A stretch of DNA of 63,477 bases, the filler included, from Reticulomyxa filosa (taxonomy: Eukaryota > Protista > Foraminifera), in assembly GCA_000512085.1 (NCBI GenBank). It is 17 parts of 17 records of this genome, joined end to end, with 100 filler letters (N's around TTAATTAATTAA, not from the genome) between each part and the next. Parts side by side here need not be neighbours in the genome. Positions count along the whole stretch, not along the records: positions 26,401 to 29,880 come from ASPP01037350.1; positions 29,981 to 31,957 come from ASPP01049656.1; positions 32,058 to 33,483 come from ASPP01022452.1; positions 33,584 to 36,753 come from ASPP01025983.1; positions 36,854 to 39,602 come from ASPP01029374.1; 12 more parts are not named here. One strand, 5' to 3'. The first letter of the stretch is position 1. The number at the start of each line of letters is the position of its first letter. Under the pieces are notes generated by a model, which made no database searches, had not been told where the DNA came from, and saw only the letters and a list, made by a program, of their open reading frames with translations. A program made the translations under genes and the position numbers. Positions 26,904 to 38,632 of the stretch are shown here, piece after piece.

Positions 26904-27899
26904 TTACACAGATTTTCTTTGTTGAAAGGTAATATCATAGTCAATTGTGTCTTGACTTTCCACACAATACCATTCACCACTACCCTTTCTCTTAATATCT
27001 TCTCGAATTTCTCTTAGCATTTGACTTAAAGGATAGCCAATCTTGTATTTGGAAATAATTATATTTTTCATGCTTTCACTGAATAATGACAAATCAGCCA
27101 CTTGATACCCTTTTGTTGTTGACCATATCATTAAAAAGCCATTGTCATTATGCATGTTATTTTGTTCTTTATTATTTTTCCCTTTTATTGGAATGTTCTC
27201 TGCATTTTGAGGAACAACATTACCACGGCAGACATCAATAATGAATATTTTAGGACAGTCTTTCAAAGAATTTATTCGACTGCAATCAAAAGATGACCGA
27301 ATTTCATTAATCGGAATGGAATTTCCCTCGCTCGTTACCAATACATCTTCTTCATCTCCATGTCCGCTTATTATCATTATCAGTGCATCATACTCCTTTT
27401 TGTTTTTGTGAAGTTTATGAGTAGATATTAAATCTGCCAAAAATTCATTAACATCTTCTTTATTCATCTCAGGCTCTTCATTGCACACAAATTCGTAATT
27501 CAATTCTTGTTTAAATATGCTTTTGAAATTGTTGGTATCCCTATCTTTGACATTTTCGAGATTGGGCCATTTCTTGCTATCTTTGTATTCGCTAATAGCA
27601 ATCATCACTACTAATGCATTTTTAATTGTTTTCGTTTTTCCAATTACTATCTGTTGAGACGGGATCAAAGTAATTTTGAATGTAGGCTCCTTATTTTTAA
27701 ATTCTCCCATAACAACTTCATCTGTTTCAATAATATTATTCTTCACATCGACTATTTGCAGTTTTAAATTTTCTTTGTTTATCTTTTGAAAATCTTTTGG
27801 TTCTAAGCAATGATGGCATTGACAAAGAAGCTCTTCAAATGTCAATTGTTTCATTTTTATCAATTTTTTTCTTTCATCTACTATCGCATATGCTGTCAA
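26904..27899 (-). CDS. Caspase-like (peptidase C14, p20-type) domain; last exon of a Kelch-caspase gene
   Basis: KNALVVMIAISEY, YDALIMIISGHG (catalytic His) and CPKIFIIDVCRG (catalytic Cys), in caspase order and spacing. Confidence 0.88.
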   Translation of the reverse strand: MTAYAIVDERKKLIKMKQLTFEELLCQCHHCLEPKDFQKINKENLKLQIVDVKNNIIETDEVVMGEFKNKEPTFKITLIPSQQIVIGKTKTIKNALVVMIAISEYKDSKKWPNLENVKDRDTNNFKSIFKQELNYEFVCNEEPEMNKEDVNEFLADLISTHKLHKNKKEYDALIMIISGHGDEEDVLVTSEGNSIPINEIRSSFDCSRINSLKDCPKIFIIDVCRGNVVPQNAENIPIKGKNNKEQNNMHNDNGFLMIWSTTKGYQVADLSLFSESMKNIIISKYKIGYPLSQMLREIREDIKRKGSGEWYCVESQDTIDYDITFQQRKSV

Positions 27900-27927
27900 C
27901 TATTTTATATTTGTTATAGTCATTCGA

Positions 27928-29753
27928 TTAGAAACAAGAACAAAAGAACACACAATTAATTAACTTCATCTTCTTTGTTGTCTTGATTAATCTATTGCAA
28001 ATGGCACACATCAATATATATAGAGTATAATCAATTAAAGAACATAACGTAACAAATTCCAGGTAACCAACAATGGAAAAACGAATAGAGCTGATGTCAT
28101 TCTTTGTGATTTCATTCTTCCATTTGCATTCATTTAATAACCATTCTCGAAATTGTACATTTGACATTGTATTAAACTTTTCAATTACTTCTGCTTTATC
28201 TCTTTGTCCTCTTTGATTCCACCATTTCATCCATTTTTTATATTTTTCCTGGATTTTATTTTATTTTGAAATATATTAAATATAAACAAAACAGAACAAA
28301 AAAAAACACATTTCAACTTCTTCTTCTTCCGCTCTCAGTTGAACTGAGCCTTTCATTTCTTCTTCGCTCAGCCATTCACTCGCTATTGCATTCATGTGTG
28401 TTGACACAAATACCTTATTTTCATTTCTTCCTCCGATAATATGTACATGAGTATTGTCTTCATTCAATATTACAGCACAGTCAAATAGTGGGCTGGGTAA
28501 AGTGTTTTGAAATGTCTTCCATTTGTTTTTTCGAAGTGAATACTTGTGAACTGCTTTTGACATAATCTTCTTATCACCAAATTTGCCATTCCATCCACCA
28601 AAGAATAAGATGGTGTCATTGACAAACACATACGCATATCTAAAGAATGGTGCGATATCATCACAAACAGGTAGTTTACAAAATTGAAAAGTATTGTCAT
28701 CTTCATCATAGTCAATTGATAGTCCCGTCTTTTCACAAAACAATATCATTCTACAATTTTTGTTCTCATTTTTTCCTTGCTTTGTTTTCGTCATTTCTTG
28801 TCCATTTTCTGACGTTGATACAAAGCAGTGATACCATATCCAATTATCAGTTGGTAATCTATCATGTTTAATAAATTGAAATGTATTTAAATTAAACACA
28901 CTAATATTATTATAATAATAAGTGATGAATAACAAATGATTGTTGCTTCCACCAATCACCGCACGCATTCCAATATAATAATCTTCATCCCTTCCAATAT
29001 GAATTCGATTATTGTGATTGTCTGTAAAAGGAACCCATTTATTGTAATTGTTTAATTTCTTTGATTTATTAATTTCATTGTCATTACTCCAACACTTACA
29101 TATTTCATCACCAATGTATGTCGTATATTTGTATTACCACCAAAAGACAGCAAAGTTATTTCATTGTTGTTATCTGCCAGTTTCACTACACAATGTCCTT
29201 CTAACGTGACATCACTTGGATACTTACAGATCAGCTTACATTCGTTTCTGAGTGTATGATAAGAATAGAAAGCCCTTTTAAGAAAACTCCCACAAATGAG
29301 GATTTCGTATTTGTGTAGCACACACTAAGACTGAGAAAGTGGATTGAACCAATCCTTCAAACTTTGAAAAAGAGCTGATGTAGCAATATTTTGAATTTGC
29401 TTAGCTTTTGTTTCAAGAAGTTGTTGCATTGTATTTTGATTGGAAAATAAAAAGCTCATCTCTGATTCCCATTTGACATTTGTGTATAGCTCTAAATCGG
29501 TATATTGCAATGTACTGTCCCTAATTTTGGAAGTCAAAGTATCAAATTTGGTTTCCATATCCGAAATGTAGTGATCATCCAAGTTATTACAAAACTCATA
29601 AAATGCATTTAATTCAGTAGGAGTTGTCGATAGATATATCTGTAAAACTGTCATGAAATTACTTGTCAATTTTTTATATTTGATAAATTTTTCCATTGCG
29701 AGGTCTAACTTTGATAAGTCAATTATATTTTCACCCAATTCACGAATACGCAT
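27928..29753 (-). pseudogene. Kelch-like beta-propeller N-terminal part of the Kelch-caspase gene, with in-frame TAG and a frameshift
   Basis: PLSQS*CVLHKYEILICG (TAG at 29325-29327); LLSFGG, RAVIGGSNNHLLFITY, ILFFGGWNG and HVHIIGG Kelch-like motifs; 1-nt deletion near 29090; small exon KWMKWWNQR...WLLNECKW. Confidence 0.75.
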
Positions 29754-29980
29754 TTCATTTTAACCCTTTTTAAAAAATCACAAAGTGAAAAAATGAGCTT
29801 ATTGGCTTTAATAACACCATTTAATACTTCAAAGTATTTTGAATAAACTTCCACAAATCATCAAGAATTTTTATTTGCTGNNNNNNNNNNNNNNNNNNNN
29901 NNNNNNNNNNNNNNNNNNNNNNNNTTAATTAATTAANNNNNNNNNNNNNNNNNNNNNNNNNNNNNNNNNNNNNNNNNNNN

Positions 29981-30690
29981 CGTCAGTCATTAAGGTTGAG
30001 CTGTTGCGATCAGCATTCTTTCTAACCAATTCGCACAATTTAAAGCTATCAATTTTCTTTACAGTTTCAGCCTTAACCTTGCCACCTCTTTCAATCATTC
30101 CAACAACACACTCTTTCTTAGTAGCCCTGCCACGTGTATTTCCTTTATCATCATCATTCCCATCTTTATCTTTTTTCTTTGCTTCTTTGCGTGGTTTATC
30201 GCCAACATAAGTCTCATCCATCTCAATAATACCGCTCAACAAACCAGTATCTTGCATCATAGCTTTTCTAATTCTGTGATTAATTGACCATGCTGTTTTC
30301 ACTGGCAAATCAAGGTCTCGTGCCATTTGTCTTGAGCTAATACCTTTTTTAGCATTAAGAATTAGTGCGATGGCAAGAAACCATTTTTGAAGAGGAAGAC
30401 GAGAATCGTGAAAGATTGTGCCGATAGTTACGCTAAAAGACTTGCGGCAACCGTTGCAATGATGTCTAAATCTATTTTCTGATTTTAAAGGATTAGTATT
30501 GTCTGATTGGCAATAAGGACAGATTGGTTTGTTATTCCAGCGTTTTTGTTCAAGGTATTTAATGCAAGATTCTTGATCGGGAAATTGCTTGAAAATAGTA
30601 ATAATGTTCATAGAATATCTATATTATTGAGTGAATAACAACAATATAACTGGTTGATTTAAAATGTCAACCCATTAAGTGACCAATCCG
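29981..30690 (-). mobile_element. IS1595-family insertion sequence (left end plus 5' part of transposase; truncated by contig end)
   Basis: ORF from 30611 has a Zn ribbon (CPYC...CNGC), GTIFHDSRLPLQKWF, an HTH (GISSRQMARDL..KTAW), EMDETYVG and LMTD. The putative left end CGGATTGGTCACTTAA starts at 30690, where trpF-like coding begins. Confidence 0.9.
30643..30670 (-). promoter_or_regulatory. Sigma70-type promoter of the IS1595 transposase
   Basis: TTGACA-16 bp-TATATT on the minus strand, about 30 bp upstream of the ATG at 30611. Confidence 0.6.
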
Positions 30691-31126
30691 AAAAAATTAT
30701 TACCAAATTTAAACCAGATTTTTTACAATTCGATGGAGATGAAAAGCCAAGTTGGTTAGGAGAGATTAGAAATAAATATAAACAGAGAATTATTAAAACT
30801 ATTTATATCAGTGGTAGAGAAGATTTAACTATAATTGATGATTATAAAGATGTAACGGATATGTTTTTATTTGATTCTCCGTATGGTAATAATATGTATG
30901 TTGAAGTTCCAAGAAAGACATTTGATTGGAGTATGCTAAAGAAATTAAAGCTTAGTAAGCCATGGATCTTAGCTGGAGGTCTCTCAAAGTATAATGTCAT
31001 CAAGCTATAAGAATGTCAGGAGCTAATATAATTAACGTATCTGCTACTTTGGAAGTATCTCCTGGAATCAAAAATGCAGACACCATAGTAGATTTTGTAG
31101 ATAGTGTAAAAATAATCAATTATTAA
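30691..31126 (+). pseudogene. trpF: Phosphoribosylanthranilate isomerase-like gene, 5' cut by IS1595
   Basis: DFLQFDGDE resembles LQLHGDE; also MFLFDS, TFDW, PWILAGGL. After a frameshift near 31000: INVSATLEVSPGIKN resembles VDVSSGVE.SPGIKD. Absent from the ORF track because it has no start codon. Confidence 0.8.
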
Positions 31127-31127
31127 A

Positions 31128-31864
31128 ATGATAAAAAACATACCCGTAATCGGCATTACCTTAGATCATGAAACTTCAACGACATACTCAAATTATCCGT
31201 GGTATGCTTTGAGAGAAAATTATGTCACCAGTATTGAGTCGTTAGGTGGTATCCCACTATTGCTACCTTATACTATTGGAAAAGAGGGATTATACCTAAA
31301 TATTATCGATGGTTTATTAATTACTGGTGGTAACTTCGATATCAACCCAAGCTTTTATCAAGAAGAAGTTAACAGTGATAAAGTTGTGCTAAAAGATAAA
31401 AGGACTGAGTTTGAATTTAATATTACTAAACAGGCTATAGAAAGAAAAATTCCCATTTTAGGAGTATGCGGTGGTCAACAATTGTTGAATGTAATTCTAG
31501 GCGGTTCATTAATTCAGCATATACCTGATTACATTGACTCATCTATTCAACATGAACAAACAGAACCCAAGCATCTTCCTACTCATACAATTGAAATAGA
31601 AGAAGATACCTTTTTATTTAACATTCTGAAAAAGAAAATATGTAAAGTGAATAGCACTCATCATCAAGCTGTTAAGCAAGTGGGTAAAGGGCTTATAGCT
31701 AGTGCTAAGGCAGAGGATGGGATTATCGAAGCTATTGAATTGCAAGATTACCTTTTTGTTTAGGAGTGCAGTGGCATCCAGAATATTTATCTACAGATGA
31801 AGACAAATTGATTTTAAATACATTTATTGATTATGCAAAGCAAAGAATTACAAAGAATCGCTAA
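31128..31864 (+). CDS. Gamma-glutamyl-GABA hydrolase / peptidase C26 class I glutamine amidotransferase
   Basis: PVIGIT, DGLLITGGNFDI, PILGVCGGQQ (catalytic Cys) and VNSTHHQAV. A homopolymer frameshift near 31752 hides the C-terminal FCLGVQWHPE; the corrected frame stops at 31864. Confidence 0.88.
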
Positions 31865-31889
31865 AGTAATTGCTAGAAGTGGATATTAG
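31833..31889 (+). pseudogene. 5' stub of an RluB-like pseudouridine synthase (S4 domain start), interrupted
   Basis: MQSKELQRIAKVIARSGY* matches the (E/Q)RIAKVIARAG.CSRR start of alphaproteobacterial RluB-type enzymes. The sequence switches abruptly at 31887. Confidence 0.6.
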
Positions 31890-31957
31890 ACTTCTTTCGA
31901 AACTAAAAGAAATAGATTAAAAAGTATTTAGTAACTAATATAGGAAGTTATGAAATA
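31888..31957 (+). mobile_element. Probable left end of a second IS (IS5-like) or Rickettsiales-type repeat
   Basis: AGACTTCTTTCGAAACT begins at the point of gene disruption. It is followed by AGGAAG and ATG AAA TA at 31950, and the contig ends there, as expected at a repeat. Confidence 0.45.
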
Positions 31958-33649
31958 NNNNNNNNNNNNNNNNNNNNNNNNNNNNNNNNNNNNNNNNNNN
32001 NTTAATTAATTAANNNNNNNNNNNNNNNNNNNNNNNNNNNNNNNNNNNNNNNNNNNNCTCCCACAAATGATGCCAACATAAAATTAAAAATTGGCCGTCA
32101 ACACCAAACAAATCCTCTGACAATAGTCAAGTCCAACGGGTGCCAATGCAATACAAACAACAATCACATCTATTATCACATCGATCATCAAATTAACAAT
32201 CAAATCAAATATTGCACCAATCATCCACACACCACTACCACACATATTTGGAATATAAGGGCAGCAGACGCGCCCAATCACGAGATTTGAAAAAAAAAAG
32301 AGTCACTAGATTGTGACATTGCAATCCAGTAAGTTCATTATGTCATTCTTCAATTAAAAAAAAGATGGAGTCATAAAACTTTGACAATACAAAATTGCAT
32401 TATATTTTAATTTTTTTTTTAAAAAAAAAACAGACAATACGTCGAGACTCTCAGAGTGAATGCTTTGCTCAAGTCAAGGCCACGATGGCGACATGCGTGG
32501 CAAGACAATGCAAGCACAAACAATAGGATGATGGCAGCGTTGATGTGGAAGACAAGCTGATATTGTCAAGGGCAATAATTGTATGGTTGATCAAATAAAC
32601 TGTGCGTGGATGCTATATAATGGTATTACACAAGCCAGCGCAACAGATAGCGTGGCATCCAGGGGGAACTATGTGGGCCATAGATAGTTGGAAAATGGAA
32701 TGGCCATCATTGAGGTAGTGTGTATAATATTGGCCAGCGTGGATGTTCAATTATCATGCCCTTATATCAAATTGCACCAATTATAGACTCGTTGCTCAAT
32801 GGCCGATAGTGACGAATTATGTCGTCGCAAAAAAGTCCCGTATGTGGTAGAGCAAAAATTGTTGTCTTATAACAACGATATTGCGTCTCGCAACAACAAA
32901 AAAAGATTGCAAGTCGATCAAATGCAAGATAATTGTATCTAAACATTTTTTAACATACATACTTTTTGTTTTTTGAAATAAATGTACAAAAACAATGTAT
33001 GATTTTTTTTTAACGTATAAAATAACATAGAACAACGAAACGACAACAGCACAACGACGACCGAAAACGGAGTAGAATCCACCTCCGTCTCCGAAAGGAG
33101 CAAAAAAGGTTTGATATATCTTTTTTTTTTTAAATAAAAATATCAATATGATATATGCTTGTGTATAGGAATCTTCCGTCCACAAAACACCGTTACCTGT
33201 TTGCTCTTTCCTTCCAAACACAAAATGGGGTCGAAGACCACCCGGTTAAAAAAAAAAAAAATAGAGGTATGTTGTTTATATATTTATGTTTTTGTTTTAT
33301 CAAAATAATGTGATTGTGTATGTGTGTAATAAATAGGAATTCCCCTGCACAAAGAAAAAAAATTATATTTGTATTTTATATGTCCCCTCCCTATATACAT
33401 GAACAAAAAAAAAAGTTTGAGTGTTTAATACAGGAGAACAATTTGAAATGGGAGCGTGAACTACACATCAGGTTTTTTTTTTTNNNNNNNNNNNNNNNNN
33501 NNNNNNNNNNNNNNNNNNNNNNNNNNNTTAATTAATTAANNNNNNNNNNNNNNNNNNNNNNNNNNNNNNNNNNNNNNNNNNNNTTTTTTTTTTTTTTGTG
33601 GCAATGAAGTTGTTTTATTTGGAAAATGCATTGTGTTGTATGCTTCAGA

Positions 33650-34123
33650 CCACACATTCCACCACTTTCATTTGACAAGGATGCATCCGCGGCATTAAAA
33701 TATAACAAATCGGACAAAAAGTGGCACGCATTTGTAAATAACAATGCGACTGGCGCTGAGTACAGATGGAATGAAATTCGTGCGAGTGTGGCTTATCGTG
33801 GATGGTGCTTTAAAAATAAGGAGGAAGCAGATAAGTTTGATCCTAAGGAATTCACTAGCAAGTTAACATTGGACATGGTCATTGACCGATTGACAGAAAA
33901 TTTAATTTCAAAAGGTCTTGTCACTCGTGAGAAAGTTCGAGAGCTGAAGCAACCTAATACCAAAGACAAAAACAATGCCTATGAACTTGGATTATTGTTA
34001 TTGGATAATTACATCAAATTACCTTATCCACATGGTTCATACATCCCTTACAATTATTGTCTTTTGTTTAAGCTTTTCCCTCAATTGGACTTTGCAAGAG
34101 AGATTGAAAGTGCGATTTGTTAA
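33650..34123 (+). CDS. Last exon of an uncharacterised eukaryotic protein
   Basis: Clean ORF after a CAG acceptor, ending YIKLPYP..YIPYNYCLL...AIC*. No family assigned. Confidence 0.55.
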   Translation, partial: PHIPPLSFDKDASAALKYNKSDKKWHAFVNNNATGAEYRWNEIRASVAYRGWCFKNKEEADKFDPKEFTSKLTLDMVIDRLTENLISKGLVTREKVRELKQPNTKDKNNAYELGLLLLDNYIKLPYPHGSYIPYNYCLLFKLFPQLDFAREIESAIC

Positions 34124-35573
34124 TCTACACAAAAGAAAAAGCACAGTCAAAACTCTACAAAGAGAATACAAGTGATTTTTTTAATCTGATCTGTTCAACT
34201 TTTTTCAACCTGACTTATCAAGTAACAAAACAACTTTAAAATTCATGGACCAGATTCGGGAGTGCAAATTATCAACTTCATAATCTTTGTTTTTAAAATA
34301 TTTATATATTTTGTCAATGATTCAATATTGGCGATCGCAATTATTCAAAATCGTTGCTAAAGTATTCAATTTAAGAACAGGAATGATATATTATTTAAAA
34401 ATACTTTACTAAACCCATTATTTGATTATAATGCAATATTCAATGAATATAATCATTAGATTATGATTAATTTGAAATTCCAGAAAATTGCTATTTTTTT
34501 TAATCAATTAATTTTTTAATGATAAATGAATTTAATAATTATTATTACATAATGTAAAAAGAAAGAAATATTGAATGATTATAGTTAGATATGTCAACAA
34601 TGCTATCTTTAAGTATTCTCAAAATTTATTTATTTATTAATAAATATTTTTTTTTTAGACTAAAAAAGGATTTTATTTGTATTTTTTTTGTTAAATTTGT
34701 TTGCTTTTTAATTAAGTGGTCAAATACGAAAGTATGGCAGAAATAGGACAAGCAAAATTAGAATATAGCACATTACAAATAATGTCAACAAAGAAAGTCT
34801 TGAAACGAAAGAAAACCAGCACGTGAAGGAGAAGCAGTCGTCAAAATATGCAAAATTGAAAGATGTAAGTGCCAAATGAAAATTGTCAAATTCTTTGAGC
34901 CATTTTACACAGAAAGTTACGTTTTTTAAAAAGCAAATTAAATTCGCATTTTAAAATAAAATAAAAATGATAATGAAAAACGAATAAATAGTTGTTTTTT
35001 TATGTTAAATGATTATAGTTGAATGATTAACAAAGAATATAATGTTAAGTAACTTTTTTTGTAAAAAAGAAATTTTTATAGTTTCTATATTTTTAAAATG
35101 ATAAAAATTAATTTATGTGGATTGTGTAGGCGTTTTCCTGGTTTGAGCAAAATATCGCAAGCAGTGTTGGAAAAAAAAGTGTAGTTGATTACATGTTCGT
35201 AAGAATAAGCTGCCACACTTATATGTATTGTATTTTTATATTTGGCACCTCGATATCGAGGTCGTGTGACTTGTTTCTTTTTATAAAAATAAAAAAATTA
35301 TGTTGCAGACTCTTAATCTGGTTGATCCCAGCATTGGTCTGGTCTAACCTTTGAAGGAAACAGCTGTTTTGTTTCATCTAATAAGATTGTTTTACACCAT
35401 TGCGTGAGCACCACAAATCGATTCAATTAGAATTGAAAAAGCTGAATCATATAAATTAACATTTCATATAGTACGATCTCTCAACAAAATATTAAGTAGA
35501 CGAGAAAAAAGGTTAAGCTTGGTTTAAATTCAGTGATACAAATTATTACTTGAAAAGAAAAAAATTATTTGGA

Positions 35574-36753
35574 TTATTCCAAGTGAGCATGCATATTTTC
35601 GTCAAATTTTACTGTTTTGGTAGTTCGTTTTCCTCCATTAACACATAGACACACAAATAAAATGATTATGGCCACCAACACAGCCAACAACAAAACAAAC
35701 AAGTAAGGATTGTTTTGGAACCATTCGAAAAGTCCTCCAAAGAGAGTGTAGCTGTGGAATGAAGGAGTATGTTGATGAAGTTGCATAAACTGTTCAATGA
35801 CATGAATGTGTCCATTTACACACTCCTCAATCGAACATCCAAAAAAAGGATTGATAAGAATGTATGGACCTTTGGAGGACAATATAACACTCCCCGACCA
35901 TCCTTTTTTTGGAGTTCATTTCTTCAATGGTGATAATTTCAAACCACAGCCAAGCGTCATTTCTGTAATGAAGAAGGGGAGAGGAGTAAAGCAATACATA
36001 AATGTGTTCAAAACGTTGAGTCATATGTTATGTTGATTATGATCGTTGATTGGAATTTTTTTTTTTTTTTTGAAAGAGAATAACAATCAAAATGAATAAC
36101 TCTCGTTTGCTAGGATGCTTTGGAAAACTCATACTTTGTTTGACTTGATCACTCAAGTGCGTATTCCATATTTTTGTCTTATCTTTCATCATACCAAGCA
36201 ATTCAATACCATGATTACCAATGATTTTGATCATTTCAGACGACATCAAGTTGTACTTATTTACAAAGTCGGTGTTGGGATCGATGACATCCAACGGGTA
36301 TCTGATTGGTTGCTTCAACTCCAAAACAGATCTCGAGATGTGTGGTCGTGTTTTCATTTGATCGACTGATATCGACTCACGAGCGATCCTATTCTGACCC
36401 TTGTCCATAGACATGTCGTCATCACCACTTTCCTTTACATTCATTATACCTTCCGCTTCCGGCGTTTGCTCTTGCAACGACGCAACCAGCTGCGATTGCA
36501 ACTCGGATTGCTGAGAATATGATGACATAAATGGATACACGACAACCGACCACGGATCGACGTTGATATGGTCAAACAGTAGTATCAATCCGCAGTCGCG
36601 CAAAGGGTCAACCGCATTGTGCACATAGACTCCGACCAAGTACAAATCTTCCATTGTCAGCGACCAGGTCTCTGTGGGCTTACTTTTTGGCTTGTTTGAT
36701 TTACCACTTCCGTCACTTGTCTTCTCGTCGTTCGGAGGAGGAGGAGGAGGAGG
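35574..36753 (-). CDS. Hypothetical coding region(s); distal part encodes a C-terminal transmembrane helix
   Basis: ORFs 36037-36654, 35827-36024 and 35574-35882 (YLFVLLLAVLVAIIILFVCLCV). Exon joining is uncertain. Confidence 0.4.
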
Positions 36754-36853
36754 NNNNNNNNNNNNNNNNNNNNNNNNNNNNNNNNNNNNNNNNNNNNTTA
36801 ATTAATTAANNNNNNNNNNNNNNNNNNNNNNNNNNNNNNNNNNNNNNNNNNNN

Positions 36854-37203
36854 TTACATGGATGAGGATGTTTGGTTGACGATAAATGCATGTGGATCTC
36901 CTTCTCTTTGCTCATTTGCTCCGGCGATGCCAATCCATCCACGCACTTCTCTGATTTCAGACTCTGCTTTATTGCCACATACTCGTTGTTGCTCGTATCA
37001 TTGCACAACCATATCTTCCCCGATCGGGTGTCTGCCAACACGCGCTTTTGTACGTAACGCGACGAACCCAACAACACCTTTGACGCTTTCACACCTTCTT
37101 TTTCTTGCAATTGCTCTACTTGCGATGCTCTCTCATTATCCTTTTCTTTCCTTTTTGCTTTATCCTTCTCTTTTTCGTTTTTTTCCTCATTTTTTGGGTT
37201 CAT
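36854..37203 (-). CDS. Protein kinase N-lobe (3' truncated)
   Basis: RYVQKRVLADTRSGKIWLC...YVAIKQSLK...KEKEIHMHL covers subdomains I-III with a degenerate Gly loop. Confidence 0.7.
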
Positions 37204-37516
37204 GATCGACGAGAATTGATAATGTCACGTCACAATTATTCAAAAAAAAAAATCTCTAGTTTGTGTCAAGTAGTTGTATTTTTTTTGTCATTTGTCGACC
37301 AGAGCGCCTTAATTTACTTTTTCTTCTTCCTAAATTGTTCAAGGTCAAGAAGTTTCACTCCCAAGTCGTTCCGTCAAGTCTTTGCAATTACATTTGCCAG
37401 AAAGGAAGCATAGTAGCTTGTTCTCCCTGCTTTTTTTCCTTCCAGCCGCAGACAGTGTGTCTTTTTTGGTGGGTAATATAAAAAAAACTTTTCCCGAATA
37501 GGTGTGTTAGATAGTA

Positions 37517-37827
37517 ATGTCTACTCAAACTATAAATGATGCGCAGCCAGTGGACTCCAAGGAGAAAGATAAGACATTGGAAAGCCCTAGCGAATCCTCA
37601 GCGTCAGAGTCGCAAGTGTTGGGAGGGACAGGTCTTGACATAAGCGAATCGAAGCAAGAAGCAAGCAATGTGTCCTCAAGCAATAGTAGCAGCAGTACCA
37701 ATGGGATAATCGACGCAACCGCAGGCACATTAGGAAGTCAAACAATAGCAACAGCAACAGCAACAACAACAGCAACAGCAACAGAAGCAACATCAATAAC
37801 AACACCGCCCCCACCCCCACCTCCAGC

Positions 37828-37859
<32 letters not shown>

Positions 37860-38632
37860 CGGCATTGTTAAGTAGCAATGGGAGTGAAAGTGGATCAAAG
37901 CTGATTGGCGGAGTGGACTGTGACGAAATGATAAAACGGCTGGTGGAGGCGAGGAACAATAAGCCCGGGAAAGAGGTGGACCTGCGAGAGAGTGATATCG
38001 AAAAGCTGTGTGTGAAGGCGAAAGAGATTTTATTGGAGCAGCCAATGCTGCTGGACATCACGGCCCCGGTCAAAATCGTCGGAGACATACACGGCCAGTT
38101 TTTCGATCTTTTGCGTTTGTTCGAGTTGGGCGGTGCCCCTCCGTCCACGAGCTACATTTTCTTAGGTTCAAAAAAAACATATGTATGAACTTTTTTTTCC
38201 CTCCTCTTCTTCTCCTAAAAATCTCTCTCCCCCTTTTTTTTGATGACAACTCCATTGTATACGTACAAAAAAAAAAAAGGGGGATTATGTAGACCGTGGC
38301 AAATAGTCACTGGAAACTATATGCTTGCTACTTTGTTTCAAATTGAATTGTTTTATCTGCTGCGCGGCAATCACGAGTGTGCCAACATCAATCGCATCTA
38401 CGGGTTTTACGACGAGTGCAAGCGACGCTTTTCGGTACACTTGTGGAAGATGTTCACCGATTGCTTCAACCGCTTGCTGGTGGCGGCGATCATCGATGGC
38501 AAAATCATTTGTATGCACGGGGGTCTGTCCCCCGAACTCAAGTCCATGGACTATCTACGCAAGATCAAGCGTCCCACCGAAGTACCCGACAGCGGGTTCT
38601 TGTGCGATCTCTTGTGGAGTGATCCCGACAAA
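37517..38632 (+). pseudogene. Ser/Thr protein phosphatase PP1 catalytic subunit with S/T-rich N-extension; disrupted and 3' truncated
   Basis: GDIHGQ, intron 38166-38279, [11 protein letters not shown] (TAG at a conserved Gln), a frameshift/deletion before [15 protein letters not shown] and DLLWSDP. Homology stops after PDK with no splice donor. Confidence 0.88.

Noticed and set aside
26904-31957. Caspase next to IS1595 and bacterial genes as a defence island or HGT junction
   Set aside because: They are separated by an artificial spacer at 29881-29980 and come from different contigs and organisms.
32434-32940. WD40-like 'QQIAWHPGG' exon
   Set aside because: A single motif amid several stops and frameshifts. 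Probably a pseudogene, but unassignable.
29325-38307. TAG at conserved Gln positions (Kelch SQS*C, PP1 GK*SLE) suggesting UAG=Gln recoding
   Set aside because: TAG terminates WD40 copies at the same position where a paralogue uses TGA, and both genes carry other lesions. C>T nonsense mutation is the simpler explanation.
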